Shown here piece by piece: positions 1 through 12,979 of a DNA stretch of 64,000 nt. This DNA is from Veleropilina oligotropha (taxonomy: Eukaryota), in contig JBEUKZ010000032.1 of assembly GCA_048128005.1 (NCBI GenBank), forward strand, positions 1 to 64,000, given 5' to 3'. Both the position numbers and the translations under genes were made by a program. Numbering within the stretch: the first letter of the stretch is position 1; every line of letters begins with the position of its first letter. A model generated the notes under the pieces. That model did no database searches. It worked only from the letters and a program-made list of their open reading frames with translations, and was not told the DNA's origin.

Positions 1-2
1 AT

Positions 3-869
3 AAAGACAGCAACCATCCACCCAGCATAACCAGAAACATCCCAGAAAACATAAACAAAAGACTGTGTAGAATTTCGTCCAACAAAGACGTATTTGACAA
101 AGCAACACCCAAATACCAAGAAGCCCTGCACAACAGCGGTTACAAGTACAAATTAGAATACAAACCAGAGGAAACCACAAAAAAGAAACGCACCAGGCAC
201 AAAAGCGTCACATGGTTCAACCCACCATTCAACAGTAACGTACAAACCAACATTGGCAAGCAATTCCTAACGATAATTGACGAATGCTTCCCCAAAAATC
301 ACAAGCTAAACAAAATATTCAACAGGCACACGCTCAAACTCAGCTACTCATGCATGCCCAACATGAAAAATTCCATCGAAACACACAACAGAAAAATCAT
401 TAACCAAAATCAGAACAAACCTGCAGCCCACCAAAACACATGCAACTGTAGAAACAAAGATGACTGCCCCCTTGAAAACAAGTGCCTAACAAAGAGTATA
501 ATATACCAAGCAGCAGTAACAAGACAAGATAACAACACAACAGAATCATACATTGGCCTGTGCGAAACGGAGTTCAAAACCAGATTTAGAAACCACAAGA
601 CATCTTTCAACCATGAAAGCAAACGCCACCAAACGGAGCTAAGTAAGCATATCTGGAAACTAAAAGACAGAAACATCAACTTTAAAATCAAATGGAAAGC
701 ATTAAAAAAAGCAAAATCATACTCGAACACCACTAAGAGATGCAATCTGTGTTTACTAGAGAAGTACATGATAATTTGCAAACCAGAAACATGCACACTG
801 AACAAAAGAAACGAACTGGCCGCATCTTGCAGACATAACAGAAAATACCTACTTAGCCAGGTGAAATAA
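3..869 (+). mobile_element. Penelope-like retroelement (Neptune-type), C-terminal RT thumb/linker and GIY-YIG endonuclease; 5' part lies outside the window
   Basis: The frame of ORF 354-869 is open from base 3 and reads SNHPPSI..., WFNPPF, LKLSYSCMPN, CNCRNKDDCPL...C, IIYQA...YIGLCETEFKTRFRNHK, and CNLCLLEK...LNKRNEL. These are typical PLE linker and GIY-YIG motifs. Confidence 0.92.
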
Positions 870-1157
870 ATCCACTTTCATATAATTAAATTAACAAACA
901 GAAGACAACTAATTTCGGAAGTTTCGTATAAACATAACAGAAAATACCCCCTAGCCAAGTGTAACAAGCTGCCCACATATAATCAAACAAAGAAACAAAC
1001 AATTAATTATCACAATTAATTATCACAATTATCACAGATTTACAGCTTTGCCTATATTCGGCATCGCGAAATCCCCGTGTGCCGAGTTGTCCGAAATTAG
1101 TTTTAGTTTCGTATGAAAGTACATCCTTACTTCTTAACCGCAACTTAACTATTACGT

Positions 1158-1200
1158 TCGCCCGCCGAGTGCACTATAGCACGAAACAGATCTGTCGCGA
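1158..1200 (+). ncRNA. Degenerate minimal type-I hammerhead ribozyme in the PLE 3' region
   Basis: tcgc-CCGCCGA-gtgc(actata)gcac-GAAA-cagatct-GTC-gcga. Stems I and II and a palindromic stem III are present; the core differs from CUGANGA at two positions. Confidence 0.6.
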
Positions 1201-1949
1201 CCATAAATTATTATATTGTATATTATATATATATATATATATATATTTAGTGGTGGGTGAGATCGGCTTGATTATCTGTGAGACACTCTATATGTCCAAA
1301 GAACACTAATCCGAAATCCCACATACACGCACATACTCATGAAGAGATAAGATAATCCACGGTGTCCACTAGGCTTTTATTTATAAAAACATATGAATCA
1401 TTTTCCAGCCAAAATAATTATCATTTTACGATTGAGCAATCATAGAAGAACACGCGTTATCCTATCAGCCTGTCCTGCTGCAAAGATAAATCGGCATTAT
1501 TTATAAGCACGTAAAACTGGTCGAATTTTATTATGCGAATAATTCGCTAAATTTATATTATGATGACATGGATATAATCACATTTTATCACAGATCGTGA
1601 ACACCCATAAGTTACTGTTCAGAATTTACTGACGAGATATAGATAATAAATTTGAAGGTCAAGACCCAGTGGTTCATAAGAAATCCCAAGATTAAGGAAT
1701 GAATTATTTCGATAAATTGCCAAAATTAGACCAGATAATTGTATCGAACCGGGGGTGGGCCCATATATTATAAATCATTCAGATTGCTTATCAATAAGGT
1801 TCACACTATATCAAACAATATTTACAGAGAAAATATTTCAAAATGTAGGCACGTTTTTTATTCCACACAAAGAATGTAGCGTAGTTATCAGAAACAAATC
1901 CTAATATATGTAAATATGATATTAAACGAGATCCAATTTCGCATCAAGT

Positions 1950-2076
1950 CACCCCGGTTGTCGTGTTGTATCGAGTGCCGACTCTGGAATCACTGGTTCG
2001 ATTGCGCTAACAAACACGAGTTGGTTTTAATTTCGTCTGGGGCATAAACATTCTTTGTTCAGTTATCAATCGCAGT
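1950..2076 (+). mobile_element. SINE-like repeat, 5' part, 3'-truncated
   Basis: Matches the SINE head at 37117-37165 (gtcgtgt...cgagtgccga...aatcactggttcgattg) and the family motif tgttcagttatcaatcgcagt. Confidence 0.6.
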
Positions 2077-2750
2077 CGTACATTGGTGTCTTAATAGTCA
2101 AATTAGGGTTTTAGCCCCAGGCGTATTGGCGTTTCCCGACCCCCGATACACACTACCCCGGGGATCCTCTCCTAGCCACGCCCATACCAACCTGGGTTAC
2201 CCTAGACCCCCTAGTTGAGATACCCGTAGGTCGGCGATTGCATTCCTACCCTAACGTTAGCCGGTCTGTGTTACATGTGAACGTAACTGGGTATGTGTAT
2301 GGTCCTGTGTATTCTCCCTGTCTAGCCCTAGTCCTATGTTGGAAAGGTATGTCGGTTTTTGTTTTTTAAGGTATATTGGCCTCTACCTGTGCACCATGTG
2401 TATTTGGTTACCCCAATAACTGTGATCTTCCCGGTGTATACCTATAGGTATGTCCCAGTCACACTTTGGTATATCGCCATTGACCTTTGTTTTGAAGGTA
2501 TAGCCTACCTGTACAAGGGCTATAGGTATGGTCTACCTTCTTGGCGGGCCCTACCTGTTTTGGCGGGCTAGGTAGTTTACCTTTTTGGATGGCCTTACCT
2601 GTTTCCATTCTACCTGTATGTTGGATATGTGTATTGTCTACCTGTACACTGGATAGGGATACCCTGTACTCTGTTGAGATCCCCATAATGCAAATCCCCA
2701 TATATTTGGTATCCTCGTCCAGGCCTATCCATAGCCCTAAATATTGATTG
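2074..2750 (+). mobile_element. Degenerate terminus related to the 12-kb palindromic element (right boundary uncertain)
   Basis: caaattagggttttagccccagg...ggcgtttccc resembles the reverse complement of 28992-29060 (cagattagggttctaaccccagg...ggcgtttccc). Confidence 0.45.
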
Positions 2751-3369
2751 AACTGATATGAGTTTGAATCTAAATTGGTAATAACAGCTGTTTTTACAGT
2801 GCACAGAATGCGGTCAACAGCCTTTGCGCTCTCTTTTCATATGTAATGTAATGCATTCCCTGTTCTAACCTAACAGATCATTTTAGTATTTGCCTCTAAC
2901 ACGTGTGTCATTCACTGACAATGTGAAATCTCCACATTGTATCTATATAATTATATGTGTCAACGAAAGTTCTATATTATAATAGGGGTCAAAATGCTCT
3001 GTTTTCCCTGGAATTTTAATGTAAGAAACATTTCTTTGACACTCACTTTTAAAAAAATAATGAATTATGTTTATCTTCAATTTGATATCAATATTGTGCG
3101 ATGTCTTGTTCAAGGGAAAGTTACAATTTAAGAAAAAGCCGGAATCAGAGTACAACATTACTTGTGGTAGCAATAACTACTTTAGGGACTGGTCATTTAT
3201 TTTAGAGAAGGAGAGGGGGGCGGTGGATATGGTATACTGATTGTGTCAAAACATGATGACCCACCCAAAGACCGTGCGTCTTTTTTTCATGACTCACGCC
3301 CAAGGGTGAATTTGTGCGAGGGTGGTGGATTGTGAAGATTGAAAGTGGGTCCATCTTTTCAATATATTC

Positions 3370-3960
3370 TTAACAATCCGCGCATCAGTACACTGTTCTG
3401 CATTTTGAGGGGGGTGAATAGACATGTATTTATACAACTTTTATTGCTCAAATACAATACTCTTTTAAGAAATGACATTTTAAGTTGGATACCAAGCCAA
3501 GCCACATCGACGGCAATGAAAAGGCTGATAAAGCAGCAATGTATAAATTTCAATATTCCATATTCAGATTTTAGGTACCATATATAAATAAATACATTCA
3601 AACTACATGGAAGTGTTGTTGTGATGATCGCATGGGGAATAAACTTCATAATGTTCAGGCTCTTCTTGGTGTGTGGGACCACTCTTACAGGTCCCTGCGC
3701 CGGGAAGAGGTCGTCTTGGCAAGACCGAGAATTGGGCATTCTCACTATACTCACTTCTACTTGCATGCTTAAAGGGGAGCCACCACCTGAGTATCTCTTT
3801 GGGCTACTGACCCAACAGTCAAACATAGTATTGGACTGTGTTTATTTAGACCCAAAGCGTCAAAATATTTTAGGGCATTTTCATTTCTCACTATTTAGTA
3901 ATATTAAAAATTGATGTCATTTTTTGTTTTTTAAAAGAAGCTAATATAACTTTTACTTTT
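3370..3960 (+). pseudogene. Decayed 3' end of an RNase H-containing LINE (I/Nimb-like)
   Basis: Frameshifted motifs WIPS...GNEKADKAA (RNase H) and RPRIGHSHYTH...GEPPPE (C-terminal Zn-knuckle region). Confidence 0.7.
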
Positions 3961-3963
3961 TTA

Positions 3964-4135
3964 TGGCCGCTTCGACGGTCGTGTGATTCCGAAAAATCAC
4001 TGGCTTGATTCCGCAGACGCGAATAGTAGTGGGTTCAAACATCGGCAGGGATATCACACATTTGTTCAAGTTATGAATCACAGTTGTCCGTAACTGATCG
4101 GAGAGGGCGGGTTTCCCTACGGGCACGACTTCTAT
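3964..4135 (+). mobile_element. SINE-like dispersed repeat (family A)
   Basis: Shares tggcttgattccgc...agtagtgggttc(g/a)aa...tttgttcaagttatgaatcacagttgtccgtaactg...gagagggcgggtttccc with many other copies in the window. Confidence 0.75.
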
Positions 4136-4745
4136 TTAGATAACGCCTCACAATCTGCCATCTAACCTATACACATAATTACAATGTCCCAATCGATATT
4201 CGGAGTCTGAACTTCAGATCACTCGACCGCCGGAGCGGCCTCCAGCACACGCATTGCTCTATACAAGCAACCATCATCATCCAAAGCAACAAACATTATT
4301 ATTCACCAACTTCTATCTACATATAGACTATATGTATACATCTATATTTTAATACATTCCTAGTATCTTATTCACACAAACTGAATTAAATACTTTGTTC
4401 TTTATAGCTTTAACCCGTGCTCCGCGCGGTGAAATATTTGCTTCATGTTGCTCGTTCAACTTTAATAGTTAGGGAAAATTAGATTGCGTTAGCCAATGTT
4501 CGCTAGACTGGAACTCAACATTGCACTCAGTGAACCCCGCATGAACGCCCCCCCCCCCCCGGTTCTGGATGAATAAGCCCCAAAATGTAAAATTCTATAT
4601 TTTTTCTTTTGACACACTCGACAATTTGACATCAAGATGGCAATGATCTGTCTCTCGGTGATGGAAAAACCCGACTTAAAGCTGCAACAACTGCATATTT
4701 ATATATAAGGTACAGTAATAATGATCATAATAATAATAATATATA

Positions 4746-5144
4746 CCGTATTTCCTTGAATAAACGCCTGCCTTGAATAGACGCCTCCCCTGAGACCTTC
4801 TTGAAAAATATAAACGCCTACATTGAATAGACGCCCCTTTAAAAATAGCATTGTTTCAAAAGATACAGACATACTAAAAGGAGCGAGTTTAAATGGACAC
4901 AACATGCATCGTGTATTGTGATTCCTTTCAATAGTACTAGTTCGTTCAGCTCCTTTCAGACATCTGTGGTAATTTTTGGTGACTTAATTTCATTAATTGG
5001 AACATTTATTTTTTTCCCGAAATCATGTCTGAAAAAATAATCGCCTGCCTTGAATAGACGCCTGCCTTAAACAACCGCCTCCCCTGAGAGCCTCGTGAAA
5101 AATAAACGCCATAAACACCCGGGTGCTTATTCAGGGAAATACGG
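4746..5144. mobile_element. Tc1/mariner(pogo)-type MITE
   Basis: TIRs CCGTATTTCCTTGAATAAACGCC / GGTGCTTATTCAGGGAAATACGG, TA on both flanks, and subterminal ttgaatagacgcc repeats. Confidence 0.8.
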
Positions 5145-6158
5145 TATATAAGATATTCTCGCAAAAATGTTATAGGGGTGACATCACGTACACAGGAACA
5201 GGCCATTAAAGACTCAGATGTCCTCCTTCTCATTGTACATTTTATATTTGATTTTTGAAAGAAAAAATTCGAATAATATATGGAGGAAAATAAAGATATA
5301 TTTATCAAAATAAGACTAAAGATTCCCTCCCAACATTACACATGCACTTCCACCTTTACAGTTATCAATTTTATTAATGCTTTTAATTTTATTAATACAT
5401 GTACATCGACGTACACATTAGTATGCCTATTTATATTTAAACTATTGTTGTGACGTCATCCTATTGTCTTGGGAGTCCATTATTTTTAAGATAGGATCGC
5501 TTTGAGCGGCGATCCAATATGTTGACAATGGGTAACAATGACGCTGTCCAGTACGTTGACAATGGATAACAATGTCGCAATTAAGAGGCAAACAGCAATT
5601 TTGCTCCATCATATGTCGATGAATGGTATCTTTTTACAATCCAGGTAAACGAAGAATATGATGCTTCAAATTCCACTAAATACATCCACACGTGTAATAC
5701 ATCCAGAATGTTATAATCTAACTTAAATCGACAACATTGGTAGATTTGATGCGGCAGCATTCATATAAATATTCGAATTGTTTGCGATAAATTTCTGTCG
5801 ATGTGTACTCGTTGCCGTTTGCCTTTCAACTGCCCACAACTATGTTGATGAAATGGATATCGCGTGCGGGGTCAGTCTATACGAGCCAGATGTCCCCACA
5901 AAAGGAGTGCAGTCTAATATTAATGCAATAATCTAGCACTTTAACAATGAAACAATTAGTTGGTCGCGGACGATGTAAAGACGCAGTTCAAACAAGCCGA
6001 CTTAAAATTAAAATTAGCAACTAAAATATTTTATTATTGCAGTTAATATTAATACTGAAGTCGTGTTATTTGAGCGTATCAATATTTTTCAAATATTGAA
6101 ACGATATGATAAGATAAAACACAAATTATTATTCAAATGGGAAACAATAATTTAAGTA

Positions 6159-6270
6159 AGATATAAGCCTCAGACGATCCATTGTTAAAAATATTGGTCC
6201 GGCCTCGGCGCTATCCCGCCTTGGCCAGGCCAATATTTTTACGAATGGATCGTCTTTCGGCTTATATCTA
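6159..6270. repeat. ~110-bp imperfect hairpin, probably the end of a non-autonomous DNA element
   Basis: agatataagcc...gacgatccatt...aaaatattgg pairs with ccaatatttt...aatggatcgtc...ggcttatatct. Confidence 0.6.
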
Positions 6271-7309
6271 TTACTTTATATCATCCGCCTCTAACTTAGT
6301 CGAAATATTGTTATTCTTATTACTAAAACAGTTTAAATTACATTATGAATCAATCTAAATAACAATATTTAATGTCTGCGTTTCATAACTAACGGAGAAA
6401 ATACTGTACCTTGATATATTTTCCTTGCACATTTTAGAATGGTGTTTTGAAAGTACCATGTGCCATATTGTGTTCGATGGAAATATCGCATAATAAAGTT
6501 CTCATTTTGGTATATGTCATAAATGCACATTAATGTAATTGATATAACGGCAGAGAACTAGTCTTCTTCTATAATACTTAAAACTGCAACCCCTCTGTCA
6601 CGCTACGGGCTAAAAATAATTCGGATTACGGGAGATAACTCTAGTACAGTATCAATCAAGTATCAAAATTACTTTTGTTCTAATTATAACGTTATGCCAA
6701 GTTCAGTGATCTTCGCTCTGTTAATGTGAATGTCTGTTGCACGGATGTGATAGCGTTTATAGGAGCTCTCCGTCACCTGACATGACTGCGAAATTATCCT
6801 AGGTGCACCTTCAGGCGACAATACACTCAAATTAAAAACATATCCCAAGTTGCTCATTTATACATATGAATGTTAAATACTTAAATAAGATGTCTTAGTA
6901 ATGTTCTCTAATTTACCTGAATTATCTTTGTCGAACGCATTTGTCAAGATATTCATACGATTGATTGAACATAATGCTACCGATGGGCATTACAATATTG
7001 CTATATACTGTTGTTATCTGACCTGAGGGAAACACCTTGCTCGTCATCCAATCGCTATAAAACACTTAGTCGTGTTTCCAAAGACATGGAACAGACATTT
7101 AAAGCCCATTTCGCTTTCGACCAATTAGAAAGCAGTATATCTTGTCACTTTTTTAGAATACAGAACTTTACGATACCTTATCAATATTAGACCCGTTCGA
7201 GTGGTAGCTTCCGTTGAGTAAGTAAAAAGTGTTAAGCCCGATTTCTACTTGGCCATTTTTTGTATTCGACAATATTAAATTGATTGCTCAATACAATTTT
7301 CATGTTATA

Positions 7310-8052
7310 ACAACAAAAGTTTCAATTATAAAATGGGTTCAGATACCTTAGAAGTAGTAACAAAAGAGAAAGATTTGGGTGTATGGGTAGACAATACGTT
7401 TAAACCATCAAATCAATGTGCAGAATCAGCTAAAAAGGGAAATCAAATATTGGGAATGATAAAGAGAAACTTTAATTTTAAATCCAGAGTCATCATAACA
7501 CGCTTATACAAGCAAATGGTTAGACCGCATTTAGAATATGCAGTGCAAGCATGGAGCCCATATCTTGAAAAGGATATCAAAATTCTTGAACAAGTTCAAA
7601 GAAGAGCCACAAAATTGATAGGCGAATTGAGAGAATTACCTTATGAGGATAGACTAAGAGCACTTAACCTCACAACATTGTCTTTGAGAAGGACACGGGG
7701 GGATATGATTCAGGTATTTAAAATGTTTACAGGAATTGACAATGTTGACAGTACTTTCTTTTTTCAGATGAACCAAAGACCGACCAGGGGCCATAAATAC
7801 AAAGTTTACAAAAAAAGATTCCGACTCGACGTTAGGAAACACTTTTTCTCAAATCGGGTTGTCGATGAATGGAATAGTCTTCCTAGTAATGTAGTAGAAT
7901 CAACATCTGTAAACCAATTTAAAAACCGCATAGATGATTATTTTAAGAAACAAGGCAGGCTATGTAGATGACCAGAAACGACAATGGGTTTTAATATGAG
8001 TGGCAGTAATGCACTTCCTAAACCCAAACAAATTATATTTAAATCTATTTAA
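7310..8052 (+). mobile_element. 5'-truncated CR1 LINE (ORF2 C-terminus 7333-7971 plus 3' UTR)
   Basis: EKDLGVWVD, LYKQMVRPHLEYAVQAWSP, LEQVQRRATK, RRTRGDMIQVFK, FFSNRVVDEWNSLP; ends in a short tatttaaa tandem tail. Confidence 0.92.
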
Positions 8053-8299
8053 ATTCGTCGAATACTTTATCGTTTTTTGCTAACGCGCAACCGCCTCCGT
8101 ACTCAACGGAAAGTACCACTCGAATGGGCGTATTAATATTATAGCGATAGGGATGACAGGTAAAATCATCATATGTATCTAATTAATATAATGATAAAAA
8201 GGTAAAATATTAATTAATGAACATATGTTCCGGTGAAATAAACCGTTTGTCGAATTTTACAATAATAAATAATTTGTGATCAGAAATGAATTGAGGTTC

Positions 8300-8412
8300 A
8301 AATTTGTTCAGACAGTAGCTTGTCGAGCCTTATTAAAAATTAGTCTCGGCCTATGGGCTCGACTTATTTTTTAATTAAATACCCGACAAGCTGCCGTCTA
8401 AACTAAATGTAA
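8300..8412. repeat. ~110-bp hairpin element; a homologue at 58349-62368 is split by the Academ-like insertion
   Basis: agacagtagcttgtcg...aaaaattagtctcggcctatgggctcgacttattttt...cgacaagctgccgtct. Confidence 0.6.
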
Positions 8413-8502
8413 ACCACTTGGCCGCCAAAGAACGCCTTCATCTTCATATTGTCACGCATGACTTCACCTTAAATACTAAGATTAGTTTGCTTCGAGGGGG
8501 GG

Positions 8503-8750
8503 GGGCACTCCGACAGTCGTGTGGTTTCGGTTGCAGACTCCAAAAAATGACTGTCTTGATTCCGCTGACACGAAAAGTTCGAATCTTGATTGAGACATGA
8601 CATTATTTGTTCAGTTATGTGAATCATAGTTTTCATGAGAGGGCGGGTTTCCCCGGGCGACCGGGCTTTCTTTTCGCGATAATATGGACATGTCCTGATT
8701 TTAACCTAATGCTTGGAAATGTACAGGACATTAAACATCGATTCTTTCCT
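8503..8750 (+). mobile_element. SINE family A copy
   Basis: Same head and body motifs; ends in caggacattaaacatcgat...tttcctttt. Confidence 0.7.
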
Positions 8751-8781
8751 TTTTCTTTCGTTACTAGGGTCGTATCGGTGG

Positions 8782-9064
8782 TCGAGTTGATAATATAAGG
8801 GCTCTCCATTCACTTGCTTGCTTTACTTTAAACATACAATCTTTAGATTTAGGCAAATGCTGTAACAATTTGCACAGCCTTATCCATACAAGGAAGATAT
8901 TTACATCGTTTAAATATGGAGTTGATAATATAAGGGCTCTCCATTAACTTGCTTGCTTTACTTTAAACGTACAATCTTTGGATTTAGGCAAATGCTGTAA
9001 CAATTTGTCCAGGCCTTTTCTATACAAGGAAGATATTTACATCGTTTAAATATGGAGTTATAAT
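8782..9064 (+). repeat. Tandem duplication, ~136-bp unit x2
   Basis: gagttgataatataagggctctccatt...gatatttacatcgtttaaatatggag occurs twice. Confidence 0.8.
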
Positions 9065-9508
9065 ATAATATATAAGAAATATTTACATAAAGATAATAGG
9101 GTGCTGGGAGAGAAAAGGAAGCTGATTCTGTGTTGATATTATTAATACATAATTATTATGCATAAGTATGAAATATAACACTGATGGTCTATACTTATAA
9201 ATGAAGAGATATTGCATTGCTTGTTTCCGTGATTGAACAGATGAATACAACAATTTAAATGTACTTATTTTTATAGAATATAAATAATAGTACATGTATT
9301 AACAATACTAATAATAATGTTCAGTGTAATTAAGTATAATAATATTTTATGTAAATTGATGAGTCTGTTTTATGTTATCGCTTTACAGCAAGAAAACTAT
9401 GTGTGTTGTCGTGTAAACTAAGGGTGATGTCGCGGCAAGGAGGATATCGACATTTCAAATGTTTATATTGTGGAAATGTATTACTTAGGCGGTTTCTTTG
9501 TTGGAGAT

Positions 9509-9770
9509 AGGCCGCTTCGACAGTACAATGGCATCGGTTGGGACCCAGAAATTCCCTGACTTGATTCCGCTGACGCGAACAGTAGTGAGTTCAAACTTCG
9601 GCAGGGGCAGCACACATTTGTTCACGTTATGAATCACAGTTGTTCGTAACTGGTCGGAGAGGGCGACCGGGCTCACCCCCCCCCCCGCGATTTTACGAAC
9701 ATGACTTGCTTTGAACCAAATGATGGTTGGAAATATACATGAAATTAAGCATCAATCCTGTCCTTTCCTT
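9509..9770 (+). mobile_element. SINE family A copy
   Basis: ggccgcttcgac...cttgattccgctgacgcgaacagtagtgagttcaaac...gttatgaatcacagttg. Confidence 0.75.
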
Positions 9771-11814
9771 GTTGGAGATATGTGTGGCTCTTTAGTACCA
9801 AGGTTTTGTCAAAACGCGATGGGGCTGTGGAAAAGTACACCATAGACTACATCCATTTCTCAAACGTGCATGAATAATCGTGTCGATCACCGGTATTATA
9901 CCACTATGGTGGCGAATATGGCCCAGTCTAACAAAAGTGGGTTCGAATCATCCACTTGCCACTTCGTTCAATTACTGTCGCATTTGTCCATAACTGACTG
10001 CATGGTGAGGGTGGATTCTCTTGGCCGACCGGGTTATTCTATCGCGATAGTATGAACATGTCCTGTAGTGAACATGAACGTGATTAAATCAGGACATTAA
10101 GCATCGATTCAAATTCCATGATTTTATCTCGTTATACCGTAACGCAACATTTTTGAATTTCCCTGCGGCAACACTAATGTCACGTAGTCAAGTCACAGTT
10201 AATTTTATGATTTTATGGTGCTGATTCAGGGTTAAGGAAATTTGCAATTGGGTGCACGGCATTGGATTGCGTTCGGCGAGACTTTATCTTTGCAATGAGC
10301 TCTCATGGAATTAAACAGGCGTTTAATCATGGTGTTGCCACGATATGACCTAAGGCCACGGGGCTGTTGGCATTAACTGTGATCGATCTGTCGCCGGGGA
10401 TATTACCTATCGTGTGCATTGGTATTTCATCGAAGACAAACGATTCTTAAACGGGTCCCGCGAGATTCAATTATTATCGATACGCATGACTATGCATACA
10501 AAAGACACGATATGTAGTCTTTAATCAGACAGACACGAAACGAATTACGTAATGATGCAATATATAACGCAATGTGGTTGGATTGGTAAACGTATTTAAA
10601 TATCTTTAAATTGCGCCAAATAATTAGCGTGGCTACAAAAATTAACAAGTTACATCAATGCGAACAGACCATATCGATATTGAAAGTACAGAGATCTTCA
10701 CGCAATACACAATATTCTCAGTTGATGACAAAACTGAATGGCATCCAAATTACGAGTCTCTAATGATCGCGTAAGGATGTGAGACGGTGACAGCGACTAG
10801 TTTTTCTCTGATATTTCTCTGATCGTTGCTTATTGATTGGAGTGGGCGATACTTTAGGAATCACGAGAGAAGAAGATTAGATCGCCGTAGCCTCCGCCCC
10901 AAGGTGCAGACAAAGTAAGATGGTTGAGCAATCAGAATTAAGCCTTCTCAAACAGTAATCGCCTACTTTTATGCTCTCAAATTATAAAGTGCAACAAAAG
11001 AGTTACTAATGACCAATGGATTACGGTAAAATTGAAAATAATAGATGTTTAACAATCTTTAGGAACATTTCAGGACATTGCCATACTATCGTGTGAGGAA
11101 AATGTTTCCAAATTGGATAGAAAATAATGTAATTAAAGCCACTATATTCTACAATTAAAAAAATATTAAACGTGGTTCACTTTAATTACTTATATAATTT
11201 CTCTTTGAAAAATGAATTTATTATTGACAATAACACAGGAAGATAGGTTGCTGCTTCAGATTTAAGAACACGTCCCGACGTCTAACAAATGTGCATATGT
11301 CAATTTCATCCATCAGAGAAACGGCCTAAGATATCTCAATGGAATGACCTCTAGCTAGGATACATCAAATTCTCCTTTTAAGGAATGGAATTAAGGTAAC
11401 CGTATGCAGAATATTAAATCTGTGTGATGCTGGCTCGAGAAACCACCCGGTAGTGCACACGATAAGACCGTTGCAATTCACTCGAATGACTCGTATTCAC
11501 CGAAGTTGGTTCGAATCCTTGACTGGGCACTTGTGCAGGAAACAATCACAGTTGTTCATGACTGACCACTAATCAGGCTTTATCATATATCCGGGTCATT
11601 TTACATAGCGCCAAAGTGTTTAATAAAAACGATAATACACATGTTATTTATGGCTTTCTGTGTAATTTTGATTGGATAATATAATCAATGGGACCGAACA
11701 GCCAATTGTAGAACGGGTCACAAAATGTCATTGCCAGTAACTACTTTCAATACTACGATTTTTACTATTAACGTGGTTATTGCAGTGTTGCAGGAATAGT
11801 ACTCGTATGTGCAA

Positions 11815-12634
11815 CTAACGATCAATATTTAGTAAAACTATTAGGTGCAGATATCCAGGTAAGATCGTTTAACTCCCGATTATCATAGCATGCAAAATTC
11901 AATGTAGTAGTTTGCAATTTCCTTTCCGTTATGCAATCTGTTGGTGTACATTGCATTCACAGCAATTATAGCAGCCTTATTGCCGTCGTTTCGATCTCAT
12001 TTTAGATGGAAACTAACATATTAATGTTGCAATTTTATAAAATTAATCTGAAAACGTGTTTTATAATTGTTAACATATACAAAGCCGATGTTTTATAATG
12101 TAAGTTGGGGAAATTTCGTCGTGAAGCAGACGACAAATAGTTTAAATGTCCACAACGTTAACGAATTCGACATACCCAAAAAAATTAAGCTTCATGCGTG
12201 CCGCGCATTTAATGTTCTTTGAATAGAGCTTGTTGGATTAGTATAATATTGATAAAGCGACATTAGTTCTTTTCATAACAGCATTTGCTGCTCTTTATAG
12301 TATATAGAATCGGTAAGAACGGGGAATATTTTTCACACCCATTGCTACATTTCCATGACGTCAACAATCACAAATTTCACCTTCCATTACTACGCCGCAT
12401 AATTAGGTTAGAACGCGTCAACAAAATTAAAAGCAACGTTGTACAGCTTGTTTCTTTATAAATTTAAGATATATGATAAATAGAATCTCACATTCGTGGT
12501 CAATTAATATCACATTTATGAAACTCGTTATCTAATTTTCATATTTTCCTCGGTGAAAACCTCGGAAAATATGAAAATTAGTGATCTCGTTTCATAAATG
12601 TGATATTAAATGACAACTCATGTGAGATCCCCTC
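11815..12634 (+). mobile_element. ~820-bp non-autonomous element ending in a ~150-bp hairpin (copy 1)
   Basis: Inverted homology to 12980-13815; internal palindrome at ~12485-12628. Confidence 0.7.
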
Positions 12635-12979
12635 TTTCTCTCCGCGATACCATCGACATGTTCTGGTATGATCCTGAACGTCGTTATAATGGGATAATTT
12701 GCATAGATCAAACCAACCGACCTGGTTATACAACGAAATAACATTGCTTCGTTGTTGAGATATCAGACATATGCAACCGGGGAGATTTCACTTAATAAAA
12801 GTCTATTATATGTAAAATCATAACTTAAGATCTATTTATCGTTTGAGGAAATAGCAATGATCCGTTAATGACTGTTTCGCGCTATATATCCTATGGAACG
12901 GTTCCGTTCCGAGCTATTTTTTGATACACAATATGATAAATATAAGTGAAAGCAATGGCTTCACAGTATATATATAATA

